A program made the translations under genes and the position numbers. The notes beneath the pieces were generated by a model. That model did not search any database, was not told where the DNA came from, and worked only from the letters and a program-made list of their open reading frames with translations. A stretch of DNA of 64,000 nucleotides from a virus, in IMG/VR virus record IMGVR_UViG_3300045257_000207, positions 1 to 64,000 of that record. The stretch is one strand, 5' to 3'. How positions within the stretch are numbered: position 1 is the stretch's first letter; the number at the start of each line of letters is the position of its first letter. Positions 10,259 through 19,407 of this stretch are shown here, piece after piece.

Positions 10259-12409
10259 ATGTCAACATTGATTAGCCCCGGCGTAGACGTACAAGTTAGT
10301 GACGACGCCTTCTATCCTCTAGCTCAAGCATCCGGGGTGCCACTACTTTTCATTGCTACTGGCGATGAAAAGCTACAGGCCGATGGTGTAACTCCTGCAA
10401 TCGGTACGTTTGAGAGCGGTGTTCTCCGTACTGTTACTTCCATCAAGCAGGCATTACAGCTTTACGGTATTCCTGAATATCTAACTTCTGCTTCTGGCCA
10501 ACCATTCCACGGCGACTGCCGCAACGAATACGGCTTGGATGCTCTTTTGAAGGTTCTCGACGTTGCCGATTTGGCTTATGTAATTCGTGCCAATGTCAAC
10601 TTGAACGATTCTCTTGCCGATTTGAAGGCAATGTGGGCATCTGTTATCGCCGACGCTGGAGCATATCTCGAATCTTTGGTTACCGATTGGTTGACGCAGT
10701 ATAACGATCTGAACGGGTTCATTCCAGCAGATGGTGGTTATAAAACCAGCATCTCCAAAGCTACAATGAAAACACTTGTTGACGAGGCGTTGGTTGTTCC
10801 TTTCTCCAAGTATTCGTTCAGTAGCGACCGTTTCATGAACGCGTTTCTCATGGATCACAGCATAACACAAGCCGGATATCAAGACGTTCTTTTCAATCAG
10901 ACATTCGGTTTGATTACTGCAACCGATCTTACTGGGTTAGTGGCTAGCAAGACCTACGAAGCGCACGTTTCCGTTGTTACTGGTACCGGCACGGTTGTTA
11001 CCGATTTCTCGTTCCTTGGTTCTGACGTAGTCACTTTCGGTGACCTCGTTGCGGCGATGAATGCGAGCATGGGTTCAGATGGTACCGCATCCATCGTGCA
11101 GGGTAGATTGCGTATCACCAGTCCATTGACAGGTTCTACATCGGTAGTTGCGATTACAGACGGTGCCCTGAGTTCCAATGACGGTGCTTTGGCATTGTTC
11201 GGTAGCTTGAATTTGTACCGTTCCATAGCAACAGCTTTCCATGGCGTCGGCGCAGCAACATTGTCCATTTATGACGACTCGTACAATACCATCACAGGTT
11301 CTTATGATGGATTGTATGGCATCATCACTAACTGGTCTACTGGTTCTATCGTAGGTACCGAATTTTCTCCAGATGAAGCAGATGCCGTATTGGTAGCTGC
11401 CGCAGGAGCATTCGATAATACCAAGGAATTCAGGGGTCTTACGTCGTTGGGAAGCAACGATGCTACACGTCGTGCAGCAGTCGTGGCTCAAATGCAGGCA
11501 GCCATCAATAACGTAAGTGCTATCGGTGACTTGGCAAGCTTGGAATACGATCTTGTTGCCGCTCCCGGTTTCCCAGAAGTATCTGATGAGTTGGTTTCGT
11601 TGTCCATCGGCAACTTCGAAGAAGTTCAGGTCATCGGCGAATTGCCGTTCGACAAGCCACCAGTTGGCCCGAACAGTGCAGTTTCGTGGGGTCTCAGCAC
11701 CGCTAAGGTTTCATCCAAGGATATCGGTTATTACTACGGACACGGACTATCGTCAAACATCGATGGTGCTACCATCCTGACAACTTCTGCCGCTACCGCA
11801 TTGCGTACTTACGCATATAGCGACAGCGTATCAGAAGGCCCATGGATCGCTCCAGCCGGTGCGACACGTGGTACTTGCCCACACTTGACCGACGTTGGTT
11901 ATGTGTCCGGTACGCTCGGTGGCCCAACAACGTTCGTTTCGAACCATTTGGACAGAGGTTCATGTGACGCGTTGTATCAGTTCCCGGTCAACATTAACCC
12001 AATTTCATTTGTACCGGGTCGTGGCATCTTGGTCATGGGACAGAAAACAACAAGCCCATTGGCAAACCCAGAAGACCGCGTTAACGTTGCACGTTTGGCA
12101 AAATACTTGAAGAGAACGTTGCGTAAGGAACTCTTCTCCTTCACATTTGAACCGAACGATGACATCACACGCAAGAACATCAAGTCGTCCGCTGATAACA
12201 TTTTGGCCAGCTTGGTTACTCGCCGTGGGTTGTATGACTTCGCTTCCATCTGCGATTCGTCCAACAACGTTCCGGGAACAATCGATGAACATATCATCTA
12301 CTTGGATGTTGCTATCAAGCCGGTGATCACGGGTGAATTCATCTACGCTCGTATCGCGATTGTAAACACGGGTGCCAACATTGGTACAGGTGCTACACTC
12401 AACAACTGA
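10259..12409 (+). CDS. gp18: Contractile tail sheath protein
   Basis: N-terminal LISPGVDVQVSD; PWIAPAGATRG, INPI, GQKT, RVNVARL, FEPND and DVAIKP...EFIY are sheath C-terminal motifs. Confidence 0.95.
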   Translation: MSTLISPGVDVQVSDDAFYPLAQASGVPLLFIATGDEKLQADGVTPAIGTFESGVLRTVTSIKQALQLYGIPEYLTSASGQPFHGDCRNEYGLDALLKVLDVADLAYVIRANVNLNDSLADLKAMWASVIADAGAYLESLVTDWLTQYNDLNGFIPADGGYKTSISKATMKTLVDEALVVPFSKYSFSSDRFMNAFLMDHSITQAGYQDVLFNQTFGLITATDLTGLVASKTYEAHVSVVTGTGTVVTDFSFLGSDVVTFGDLVAAMNASMGSDGTASIVQGRLRITSPLTGSTSVVAITDGALSSNDGALALFGSLNLYRSIATAFHGVGAATLSIYDDSYNTITGSYDGLYGIITNWSTGSIVGTEFSPDEADAVLVAAAGAFDNTKEFRGLTSLGSNDATRRAAVVAQMQAAINNVSAIGDLASLEYDLVAAPGFPEVSDELVSLSIGNFEEVQVIGELPFDKPPVGPNSAVSWGLSTAKVSSKDIGYYYGHGLSSNIDGATILTTSAATALRTYAYSDSVSEGPWIAPAGATRGTCPHLTDVGYVSGTLGGPTTFVSNHLDRGSCDALYQFPVNINPISFVPGRGILVMGQKTTSPLANPEDRVNVARLAKYLKRTLRKELFSFTFEPNDDITRKNIKSSADNILASLVTRRGLYDFASICDSSNNVPGTIDEHIIYLDVAIKPVITGEFIYARIAIVNTGANIGTGATLNN

Positions 12410-12426
12410 TGCATTGTAGAACAAAA

Positions 12427-12457
12427 GAAAAGGGGCCGAAAGGCCCCTTTTCGTTTC
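12427..12457. terminator. Bidirectional intrinsic terminator
   Basis: GAAAAGGGGCC-GAAA-GGCCCCTTTTC between convergent genes. Confidence 0.9.
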
Positions 12458-12472
12458 TATGATTGTCTGTTC

Positions 12473-13195
12473 TTATTCGATGTCTGCGATCTTCGAAACA
12501 TACAAGGACTTCAGGCGGGATTCCATTTTTTCTTTCATGTCCTTATTGAGATGCTCGACTTCTGGAACTTCCTTCATAAACTTCGTGGCAAATTCAGCTT
12601 CATTCTTTCCAAACGCTTCATTTCTTAATATTGAATGAGTGATCTTCTGGGTTTCTTGTTTGCCTACGTTGAATTTATTAAATAACTGCTCTCCTTCTCC
12701 ACGGGCCTTTCGATAAGAATCGATAGCCGCGTCTACAGATTTGACGATGGTGTTGTACATCTCTTCGAACTTCTGATCGTTGTTGACCACGTGAACCATT
12801 TCATCCTTGGTTTTGTGGGCATTTTTCGGTTCTTGGTGAACATAAACTAAATACTTCTCAAACGCGGAGATAAATGGTTTGGCTGTTTCTACATTCTCAA
12901 GGAAATCCACCAAATGTTCCTTGGTCGGCACCTCCGGAGTTTCAATTATGATGTATTTTTTCTGATTGACTTTGTGGATGCCTAATTTTGTTGAACTGAC
13001 CGCGCCCTGTCGAATCTTGACCACGAGATTGTTATAGGAACTGGATTTGATAACTGCTCCAACATTGAAGGTTACGTCCGTAGCAGTGACATCGACGTGA
13101 CCTTTGTCGAGCATTGAAAGGAGTTTGTGGAATACAAGAGTGGCCTCATTTCCGGCACCTTTGAATTCTAACAAGAAGGTTTTGAAGTTTTTCAT
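12473..13195 (-). CDS. Hypothetical protein, possible internal head protein
   Basis: 240-aa ORF with a GATAAATA box upstream; N-terminus MKNFKTFLLE resembles the T4 capsid-targeting sequence. Confidence 0.6.
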   Translation of the reverse strand: MKNFKTFLLEFKGAGNEATLVFHKLLSMLDKGHVDVTATDVTFNVGAVIKSSSYNNLVVKIRQGAVSSTKLGIHKVNQKKYIIIETPEVPTKEHLVDFLENVETAKPFISAFEKYLVYVHQEPKNAHKTKDEMVHVVNNDQKFEEMYNTIVKSVDAAIDSYRKARGEGEQLFNKFNVGKQETQKITHSILRNEAFGKNEAEFATKFMKEVPEVEHLNKDMKEKMESRLKSLYVSKIADIE

Positions 13196-13219
13196 CGAGG
13201 GTTCCTTAACAGATACAGA

Positions 13220-13270
13220 TATTTATCTTCGATTTCTTTTTTCGTTTTAATTCCACGAACCACATAAATA
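13220..13270. promoter_or_regulatory. Divergent late promoters (GATAAATA on -, CATAAATA on +)
   Basis: TATTTATC at 13220-13227 and CATAAATA at 13263-13270. Confidence 0.7.
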
Positions 13271-13306
13271 CTTATATCCAAATTTGAGCAAGTAAGGAGT
13301 TCTAAG

Positions 13307-13921
13307 ATGGCATTGATTACCGATATGGGCGTAACACCAGAAGCTGGTGGTATCCTTCACCCAATGGTCAAAAACAAGTGGCAGGTCGAGTTTTATAACA
13401 TCGGCGGCACACGAGGAGCGGCCAGTGGAAATACTGACACTGAAATTCTTACTTTGCAAGCAGTAACCGGCTCGCGCCCAAAATTGAGCTTCGACGAAGT
13501 TGAACTCAACCGTTACAACTCACGCGGATGGATTGCTGGTAAGCACAAGTGGGAAGCTGTTGACTTTACATTTGAAGCTGATATCGGCGGTCGTACTTCC
13601 CGCGTATTCCAGCAGCAGCTTGAAAAGCAACAGGCGTTGATCGCTTCGCGTGCTGGTCGTGTATTGAATACGGCGCGTTCTGGACAAGAGTATAAGTTTG
13701 GCATGATCGTATCCATGATGGATGGTGACATTACACCGCTTGAACAGTGGGGTTATGAAGGCACATGGATCAGCAGCATGCAATGGGGTGAAATCGACTA
13801 CACGTCGTCTGACGCCATCAAGCTTCAGGTCACATTCCGCTTCGATCATGCACGTCAGTTGATCCTCGGTGAGACTGGTAACGCTACAGGCGGTATCGCT
13901 CCTCTTCCATACACAAGCTAA
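13307..13921 (+). CDS. gp19: Tail tube protein
   Basis: RPKLSFDEVEL, WIAGKHKW, W.YEG.WISSMQWGEIDY and VTFRFD are gp19-like motifs; near the sheath gene. Confidence 0.85.
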   Translation: MALITDMGVTPEAGGILHPMVKNKWQVEFYNIGGTRGAASGNTDTEILTLQAVTGSRPKLSFDEVELNRYNSRGWIAGKHKWEAVDFTFEADIGGRTSRVFQQQLEKQQALIASRAGRVLNTARSGQEYKFGMIVSMMDGDITPLEQWGYEGTWISSMQWGEIDYTSSDAIKLQVTFRFDHARQLILGETGNATGGIAPLPYTS

Positions 13922-13945
13922 CGGAAGACGTACCCACAAGGATGT

Positions 13946-13982
13946 AAAAAGCCCCCGTCATGGGGGCTTTTTTGTATAAATA
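13946..13982 (+). terminator. Intrinsic terminator immediately followed by a late promoter TATAAATA (13975-13982)
   Basis: AAAAAGCCCCC-GTCAT-GGGGGCTTTTTT then TATAAATA. Confidence 0.85.
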
Positions 13983-13995
13983 CAAAGAGGGCTAT

Positions 13996-14541
13996 ATGGC
14001 AGACATCAAACAAATTGCTGACAAATTTCTTGCGTTACCAAATCCGAATGATTCTACGGTTCGGACTTTTACGCATGATATTCTTGCGGCAGAGGCAGCT
14101 AAACAATCCGGTCAATTTAGACTACCATTGCCGACCGATATCCTTGCCTCGGAGTCCACCTTTGCATTCCTCAATGATACCGGGAATGGCCCAATCAGTG
14201 TCGGACTACAGTCCTTGGAATTGATGTCTCGCGTTCTGGCTAGAATCCCGTTGACAGCCCTTGTTTTGTTCGACGTTAAAATCGTTGCGTATTCTGCCCA
14301 AGATATTGCAAACGCTGACACCGACCATGCTAGAACTATTGTGCTAGCCAACTTGCTCGTTGAACCATATTACAGAATCGTTCAATTTAACGATTCACCT
14401 TTGGTGACTAAATACAATACGTTCCTAGATGCTGTCGCTGTAGAAGTTCGTTCTGGATTCTTTAGAGCGGTGAGCAGACAAGCGGAAGCTATTACTCTAA
14501 CAAGAGAATTCATCACATTCGTCGTACACTCGGCAAGGTAA
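13996..14541 (+). CDS. Hypothetical late protein
   Basis: ATG at 13996 after an AGAGG RBS; the ORF-track start at 13960 lies inside the terminator. Confidence 0.6.
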   Translation: MADIKQIADKFLALPNPNDSTVRTFTHDILAAEAAKQSGQFRLPLPTDILASESTFAFLNDTGNGPISVGLQSLELMSRVLARIPLTALVLFDVKIVAYSAQDIANADTDHARTIVLANLLVEPYYRIVQFNDSPLVTKYNTFLDAVAVEVRSGFFRAVSRQAEAITLTREFITFVVHSAR

Positions 14542-14544
14542 TTT

Positions 14545-15246
14545 ATGCAATATTGGCGTCTGATTAAAGAGGTGACAGGTGCAGGATTGCTTAATGATCC
14601 GGGAGCAGATGCGTGGGGAGACCAGCAGATACCAGATGATTTTCTAGCTGCTGATCATCCAAAATTTGCGTTCAACTTTACCATGGAAGTTGAATTTGCG
14701 AATGGTGTTCTACAGAATAACATCTTGGGCAATGAAGACCCAACGATCATGAACATGGCACTCAAAACGTGTTCCCGCCCGTCGCCTACCGTAACGTATA
14801 TCGATGCCAACTATTACAACTACCGTACCAAGGTTGCTACCAAAATCGATTTTGGCACAATAACAGCCGTATTTTATGATGACGGCACGAACTTAGCACA
14901 CGATTTCTACACAACTTACCTGAAAGCTATCAGTCCCATAACAAGTCTGACTTCGATCCCGAGTTGGGGTGACCCTAACGGCCTAACGGCTTCGACCATC
15001 GGGGTCTTAGATCGAGCGCAAGGCATTCTTCAGTCTATCACCGTATATCATTACTATCGAACAGGCGGTCAAGACCGTCGCACGATTTACAGATACATCA
15101 ACCCCAAGGTGGTCAACTTTGTGTTAGATGACCTCAATATGACTCAAAGCGATGTCAACGTAGTCTCCCTAGCGTTTACGTTCGATTCGGTGAACATCCA
15201 AACCGAAGGACTGGAATCTGTCGGTATAGGCACGGGGCCTGCCTAA
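14545..15246 (+). CDS. Tail tube-like baseplate protein (gp48/gp54-like tube initiator)
   Basis: PKFAFNF, RPSPTVTY..NYYN, KIDFGTITAVFYDD and LAFTFDSV indicate a tube-fold paralogue. Confidence 0.65.
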   Translation: MQYWRLIKEVTGAGLLNDPGADAWGDQQIPDDFLAADHPKFAFNFTMEVEFANGVLQNNILGNEDPTIMNMALKTCSRPSPTVTYIDANYYNYRTKVATKIDFGTITAVFYDDGTNLAHDFYTTYLKAISPITSLTSIPSWGDPNGLTASTIGVLDRAQGILQSITVYHYYRTGGQDRRTIYRYINPKVVNFVLDDLNMTQSDVNVVSLAFTFDSVNIQTEGLESVGIGTGPA

Positions 15247-15701
15247 TGGCCATGCGAGAAGCTCGAACCGGTTTCTTTATGCCTAAACACTTGGAAAAGT
15301 ACATCGGTGAAATCCTACCTTTGAAATATCGTTCATCGTGGGAATTGACGACGATGAAGTTTTTGGACACAAACCCGAACATTGTTCGCTGGTCATATGA
15401 GTCAATCCAGATTCCATATTACAAACCGATGCCTAATGGCATCATGCGTCCTGCAATCTATTACCCGGACGTGTATGTCGAGTACACCGACAAAAATGGG
15501 ATTTATCATCGAGAATTGATAGAAATCAAACCCAAGAAGCAAACCAGACAGTCGCGGTCACGGAACACTAGGGTCAAGATGGCTGAGAGTTATACATTTT
15601 CCGTCAACACAGCCAAATGGGAAGCCGCTAAACGCTGGTGTGCCCATCACGGGGATATAGAGTTTCGGCTTCTGACAGAGACTTCGATTTTTGAACGATA
15701 A
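15246..15701 (+). CDS. gp4: Head completion nuclease (T4 gp4-like, TnsA-N PD-(D/E)xK fold)
   Basis: YRSSWE, WSYE, IPY, YYPD, IEIKP, NTAKWEAA and F..LTE motifs. Confidence 0.85.
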   Translation: MAMREARTGFFMPKHLEKYIGEILPLKYRSSWELTTMKFLDTNPNIVRWSYESIQIPYYKPMPNGIMRPAIYYPDVYVEYTDKNGIYHRELIEIKPKKQTRQSRSRNTRVKMAESYTFSVNTAKWEAAKRWCAHHGDIEFRLLTETSIFER

Positions 15702-15722
15702 ATACACCTTTGTGAATAAATA
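15697..15722 (+). promoter_or_regulatory. Tandem late promoter boxes
   Basis: GATAAATA at 15697-15704 and AATAAATA at 15715-15722. Confidence 0.6.
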
Positions 15723-15759
15723 TATCCACAAACCGTAAAAATGAGAATAGGATTCATCA

Positions 15760-17382
15760 ATGTCCAAGCCTACAGAACTAAACGAAGATGCCGCAGCCGG
15801 TTCTACCAGTGCAGGTAACATCGCCTCCAATTATTCCGCACATGGTGAAACCCGCCAGCGTGATAAGGGTGGCGAACATGAATGGCATCGATCAGTTGCG
15901 GATAGGAAGTCTCCGGAAGGCCAACGCCGTGAAGAACTACGTGCCAAGGCTCGAAAGAATCTTGATGACGCTAAAGCCAAGATGAAGAAAAAGAAAGGAC
16001 TCGTAGGACGTTTCAAGAGCTTCTTGTCATCGACCAACGAATCTGTTTTCAATGATAGTCTGGTCTTGCTCAAGCCAGCAACCCAGTTCAAAATTTCGGA
16101 AAGCTTCAACATGCAAGACGTGGTTTCCCGTCTTAAGGGTGTTGAACATTCCAACAATCCAGCACCGAATGTATCATATGGTGTGGAAGACGATTCTGGT
16201 AATATGATGAAAATTACGGTAAAGTCTGATGACTCAAAGGATTTCGAGAGCGCGTTGGCCACTGCATTGTCTGATGCACAAGATTACAAGAAAGTCACGG
16301 GTGAGACTCGTGAACTTTCCATGGCAGAGTTACTGTTCAATCTCAAGGACAAGTTTGACATTCTGGATGTCGAGTTTCCGACCATTCCAAAGGATGCCAT
16401 ATACAATGCAGATAAAGTCACTTATGGCGATGCGACCGGTACCGAACAGGGAATGGGAGCAGGCGGGCCAGATGACCTATTAGGTGATCCGAATGGCGCT
16501 CCACCGCCAGATGATGGCATGATCGATGGTCTTGATCCCAATGCCCCCAAAGATGGTTCTATGCCGCCTCCAGTAGGCCCAGATGGATTACCGGCCCCAG
16601 ATGCTGCCGGTGGTATGGGAAATCCTGAAGGTGTCCCCGGAGAGGCTGGAGAGCCTCCTATTGGTGGTGAGATGGGCGACGATGCTTCGGTATCAGATTT
16701 TCCACCAGACACAGGCGAAACAGACGAAAAGAGTTTGATCATTTCCGTGCTTAACATGCTCAAGGCCGACGCCGAAGCTAAGATTGCCGTGGCAAACGCT
16801 GAAGCAGAAAAAGCCAGAGCGTTACAGGCGCAATATTCCAAGGAAGCCGCTGAAGGACAATTGTCCCGCGAAGAGGAAAATGCCCGCTTGGAAGCAGAGA
16901 TGGATCGCCAAAAAGATAAAGAAAAGGAAGCCAAGAAAATGGCAGACCTTGCACGTTTCCGTGTCAATTCTATGGGTGAGAACACCAAGCCACGTTTCGG
17001 AACATTCCTGATGGAATTTGTCGAACAGGGTGAAGACTTGAATTCTCTAACTAAAGCGAAGCAAGCGTTGAATCAGCAGTATATGGTAGTTCAGGGTGAT
17101 GACCCGGAAACTATCCAATACAAGCGAGCAGCCTTTGTAGCGGCAACACGCGAAATCGATGCCAAGATCGCCTTGGCACGTTTGACAGCCAATTTCAAAC
17201 AAAAGCAGGACGCTAAACAACAACAGCAGCAGAACCCACAGAACAATCAGCAACCGAACCAGAACAACCAGCAGAACCCACAGAACAATCAGGCTCATCC
17301 ACAACAACAGCCTAATCCTTCTGCGCCGGGAACCAACACCCAGTCGGCGGTCGCTCCTTCCAACAACCAACCGGTGAGATAA
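15760..17382 (+). CDS. Hypothetical low-complexity/coiled-coil protein, probable internal head or scaffold-like protein
   Basis: 540 aa with an acidic P/G-rich disordered middle, coiled coils and a Q/N-rich tail; late promoter upstream. Confidence 0.6.
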   Translation: MSKPTELNEDAAAGSTSAGNIASNYSAHGETRQRDKGGEHEWHRSVADRKSPEGQRREELRAKARKNLDDAKAKMKKKKGLVGRFKSFLSSTNESVFNDSLVLLKPATQFKISESFNMQDVVSRLKGVEHSNNPAPNVSYGVEDDSGNMMKITVKSDDSKDFESALATALSDAQDYKKVTGETRELSMAELLFNLKDKFDILDVEFPTIPKDAIYNADKVTYGDATGTEQGMGAGGPDDLLGDPNGAPPPDDGMIDGLDPNAPKDGSMPPPVGPDGLPAPDAAGGMGNPEGVPGEAGEPPIGGEMGDDASVSDFPPDTGETDEKSLIISVLNMLKADAEAKIAVANAEAEKARALQAQYSKEAAEGQLSREEENARLEAEMDRQKDKEKEAKKMADLARFRVNSMGENTKPRFGTFLMEFVEQGEDLNSLTKAKQALNQQYMVVQGDDPETIQYKRAAFVAATREIDAKIALARLTANFKQKQDAKQQQQQNPQNNQQPNQNNQQNPQNNQAHPQQQPNPSAPGTNTQSAVAPSNNQPVR

Positions 17383-17807
17383 TGGATTTTCAGAGTAAAC
17401 TCGAAGCGATAAAATTCATCATCGAAGCTGATGATGCAGCAACGTTCAATATTGAAGTAACGTCTCCGGAAAAGGAAATACCGGATGAAACGGTGGATTC
17501 TCCTGAAAACGTTGACGAGTTGCCGATTCAAGTTGGCGAGTCGCAATATGTTGCCGGTTTCTCCGATCAATTGACAACCAATGTCATCTATGTTGAACTG
17601 TGCGAAGCTGTTGAAAATTCATGCGGTACCGGTCGTATCGTGTTCAACGGAAAGACATTGATGCTCAATATGTGCCAAATGGATAACAAGACCACTGTAC
17701 ACATGCCGACAATCATCGAAGGCGTTGAACATTTTGACACGGAATTTGAAGTCAAGATAGCCAATGCCTCTCACCCAGAGAAAATCGTTCTAGCTAGAAA
17801 AAAATGA
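17382..17807 (+). CDS. Hypothetical acidic protein
   Basis: 141-aa ORF, translationally coupled (TAATG overlap). Confidence 0.6.
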   Translation: MDFQSKLEAIKFIIEADDAATFNIEVTSPEKEIPDETVDSPENVDELPIQVGESQYVAGFSDQLTTNVIYVELCEAVENSCGTGRIVFNGKTLMLNMCQMDNKTTVHMPTIIEGVEHFDTEFEVKIANASHPEKIVLARKK

Positions 17808-18424
17808 GAAATCAATCCCGGTCACCGTTCTTCATCGTCGAAGAATTCGTGTCCCCCTTGACATGTGAACGTATAGTTGATAGCATCGAGTTTGGTTTCC
17901 CCGAAACCACGTTAGATGGGCGTCCGTTGCCAACACGGACTTACAACAAGTTGGTGGAACTGCGGATAGCAGATGTTATAGAAGAGGTTTTGCCAGACCT
18001 TGAAGCGTATTACAAGGTTCAGGTGAAGGGTGTGGCACCTCCGGAATTTGAATGGTATCCGGAAGGGTGTGCAGCGACAAAACCCAAATGCGAGAATAGT
18101 ACCTATTCCAACAATCGTTGGACTCGCGTCAACAATAGAGATTTTGTAGGAATTCTTTTCCTGTGTGACTATCAGGAAAGGGCACCTTTTGACCCAGAGT
18201 TTGAAGTCAGAGGCGGAAAATTGCAGTTCCCCAACCACGGGTTCAGCTTTAATCCAAAACGAGGAATGTTAGTAATATTCCCCGGTAGTCCTAATTTTGT
18301 CAATTCGGTTGGCAAGGTTGAAGTCGGTGACCTCTATCAAATGAGGATTCCGATAACAACCGAAACACCGTTTGTTTACAATTTCAAGGATTATCCCGGA
18401 AACTATGAGGAATGGTTTGGGTAA
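17804..18424 (+). CDS. 2OG-Fe(II) oxygenase (prolyl 4-hydroxylase-like) fold protein, apparently lacking metal ligands
   Basis: FIVEEFVSPLTC, R..VGILFLCD, GGKLQFP and P.RGMLVIFP match the P4H fold; the HxD and distal His positions are substituted. Confidence 0.75.
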   Translation: MRNQSRSPFFIVEEFVSPLTCERIVDSIEFGFPETTLDGRPLPTRTYNKLVELRIADVIEEVLPDLEAYYKVQVKGVAPPEFEWYPEGCAATKPKCENSTYSNNRWTRVNNRDFVGILFLCDYQERAPFDPEFEVRGGKLQFPNHGFSFNPKRGMLVIFPGSPNFVNSVGKVEVGDLYQMRIPITTETPFVYNFKDYPGNYEEWFG

Positions 18425-18472
18425 CAGTTCATAAACCATTTCTCTAACAACCCTTTCTAGGAGAAAGAGAAG

Positions 18473-19048
18473 ATGAATGGTTTGAAGATTACACTGTTAC
18501 TATGCTGCATCGCTTTATCGGTTTCGTTACACGCTAGAGAGTATAAGTTCGACTTGTTGGACAATCTTCCCCCGGATGCGATGGTCATTGTACCGCCTGA
18601 CCTCCAGACCGTCATAGTCGCTCCTGAAGCGACATCAGACCCAAATACTGTTCCCAATGCTATCCATCCTACACCGAAGACGGCAGCGTGCTTGGCGCAA
18701 GCCATGTACCACGAGGCCAGAGGCGAAGGCCGTGTCGGAATGGAAGCTGTGGCGTTCGTAATCTACAACCGAACCCAACAGCCCTATTGGCCGCATGACA
18801 TCTGCTCGGTAGTGTTCCAACGTCATCAATTCACGTTTACAAGCCGACACTATACCATTCGCCAACGCGATGCTTATGATAATGCTATCATCATAGCAAA
18901 CAACCTATTAAGTGGCGGCTTTGAACATCAAAATTCACCATGTAAAGATGCAACGTATTTCGATTCGCTTGCACACAAGAAGAAAAGAGGATACTCTAAT
19001 GGACGGCAATTCATAACAACGATTGGCCACCACCATTTCTTCAAATAG
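18473..19048 (+). CDS. SleB-like cell wall hydrolase (Hydrolase_2) with N-terminal signal peptide
   Basis: CLAQAMYHEARGE, AVAFVIYNR, ICSVVFQ..QF and IGHHHF motifs; hydrophobic N-terminus. Confidence 0.9.
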   Translation: MNGLKITLLLCCIALSVSLHAREYKFDLLDNLPPDAMVIVPPDLQTVIVAPEATSDPNTVPNAIHPTPKTAACLAQAMYHEARGEGRVGMEAVAFVIYNRTQQPYWPHDICSVVFQRHQFTFTSRHYTIRQRDAYDNAIIIANNLLSGGFEHQNSPCKDATYFDSLAHKKKRGYSNGRQFITTIGHHHFFK

Positions 19049-19061
19049 GAGTCAACTTCAA

Positions 19062-19349
19062 ATGAGCAGTTCCACCGACAGCTACACCTTGCCAAGCAGC
19101 CCAGCCGACCGCAAGAAGATCAAGGATGCGATACACGAGATTGCTGGCGCTCTGCAACAGATGGAAGACAAGCGATCCTTTATCAACGATATCAAGAAGT
19201 CGTTGAAGGAAGATTTCAAGCTTCCGCCATCCGTCACAGCCAAGATGGCGAAGACCCTTTACAAGAACAACTATCAGGAAGTTCTTGGTGAGTCGTCAAC
19301 ATTTGAGGTAGTGTACGAGAACATCATCGGTACCAGCACCGACGCGTAA
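19062..19349 (+). CDS. Double-stranded DNA-binding protein (T4 DsbA-like)
   Basis: 95-aa helical protein, KIKDAIHE...INDIKKSLKEDFKL...KMAKTLYK; AGGAG RBS before ATG at 19062. Confidence 0.7.
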   Translation: MSSSTDSYTLPSSPADRKKIKDAIHEIAGALQQMEDKRSFINDIKKSLKEDFKLPPSVTAKMAKTLYKNNYQEVLGESSTFEVVYENIIGTSTDA

Positions 19350-19358
19350 TGGCATTAC

Positions 19359-19395
19359 AAAGGGGCATCGTCTTATCTGGACGATGCCCCTTTTT
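19359..19395 (+). terminator. 14-bp hairpin plus U-tract directly upstream of the DNA polymerase RBS
   Basis: AAAGGGGCATCGTC-TTATCTG-GACGATGCCCCTTTTT. Confidence 0.75.
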
Positions 19396-19407
19396 ATAGG
19401 AGTTTCA

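Noticed and set aside
15246-15701. Tn7 TnsA transposase
   Set aside because: The motifs and tail-gene context match T4 gp4; there are no TnsB/TnsC genes or transposon ends.
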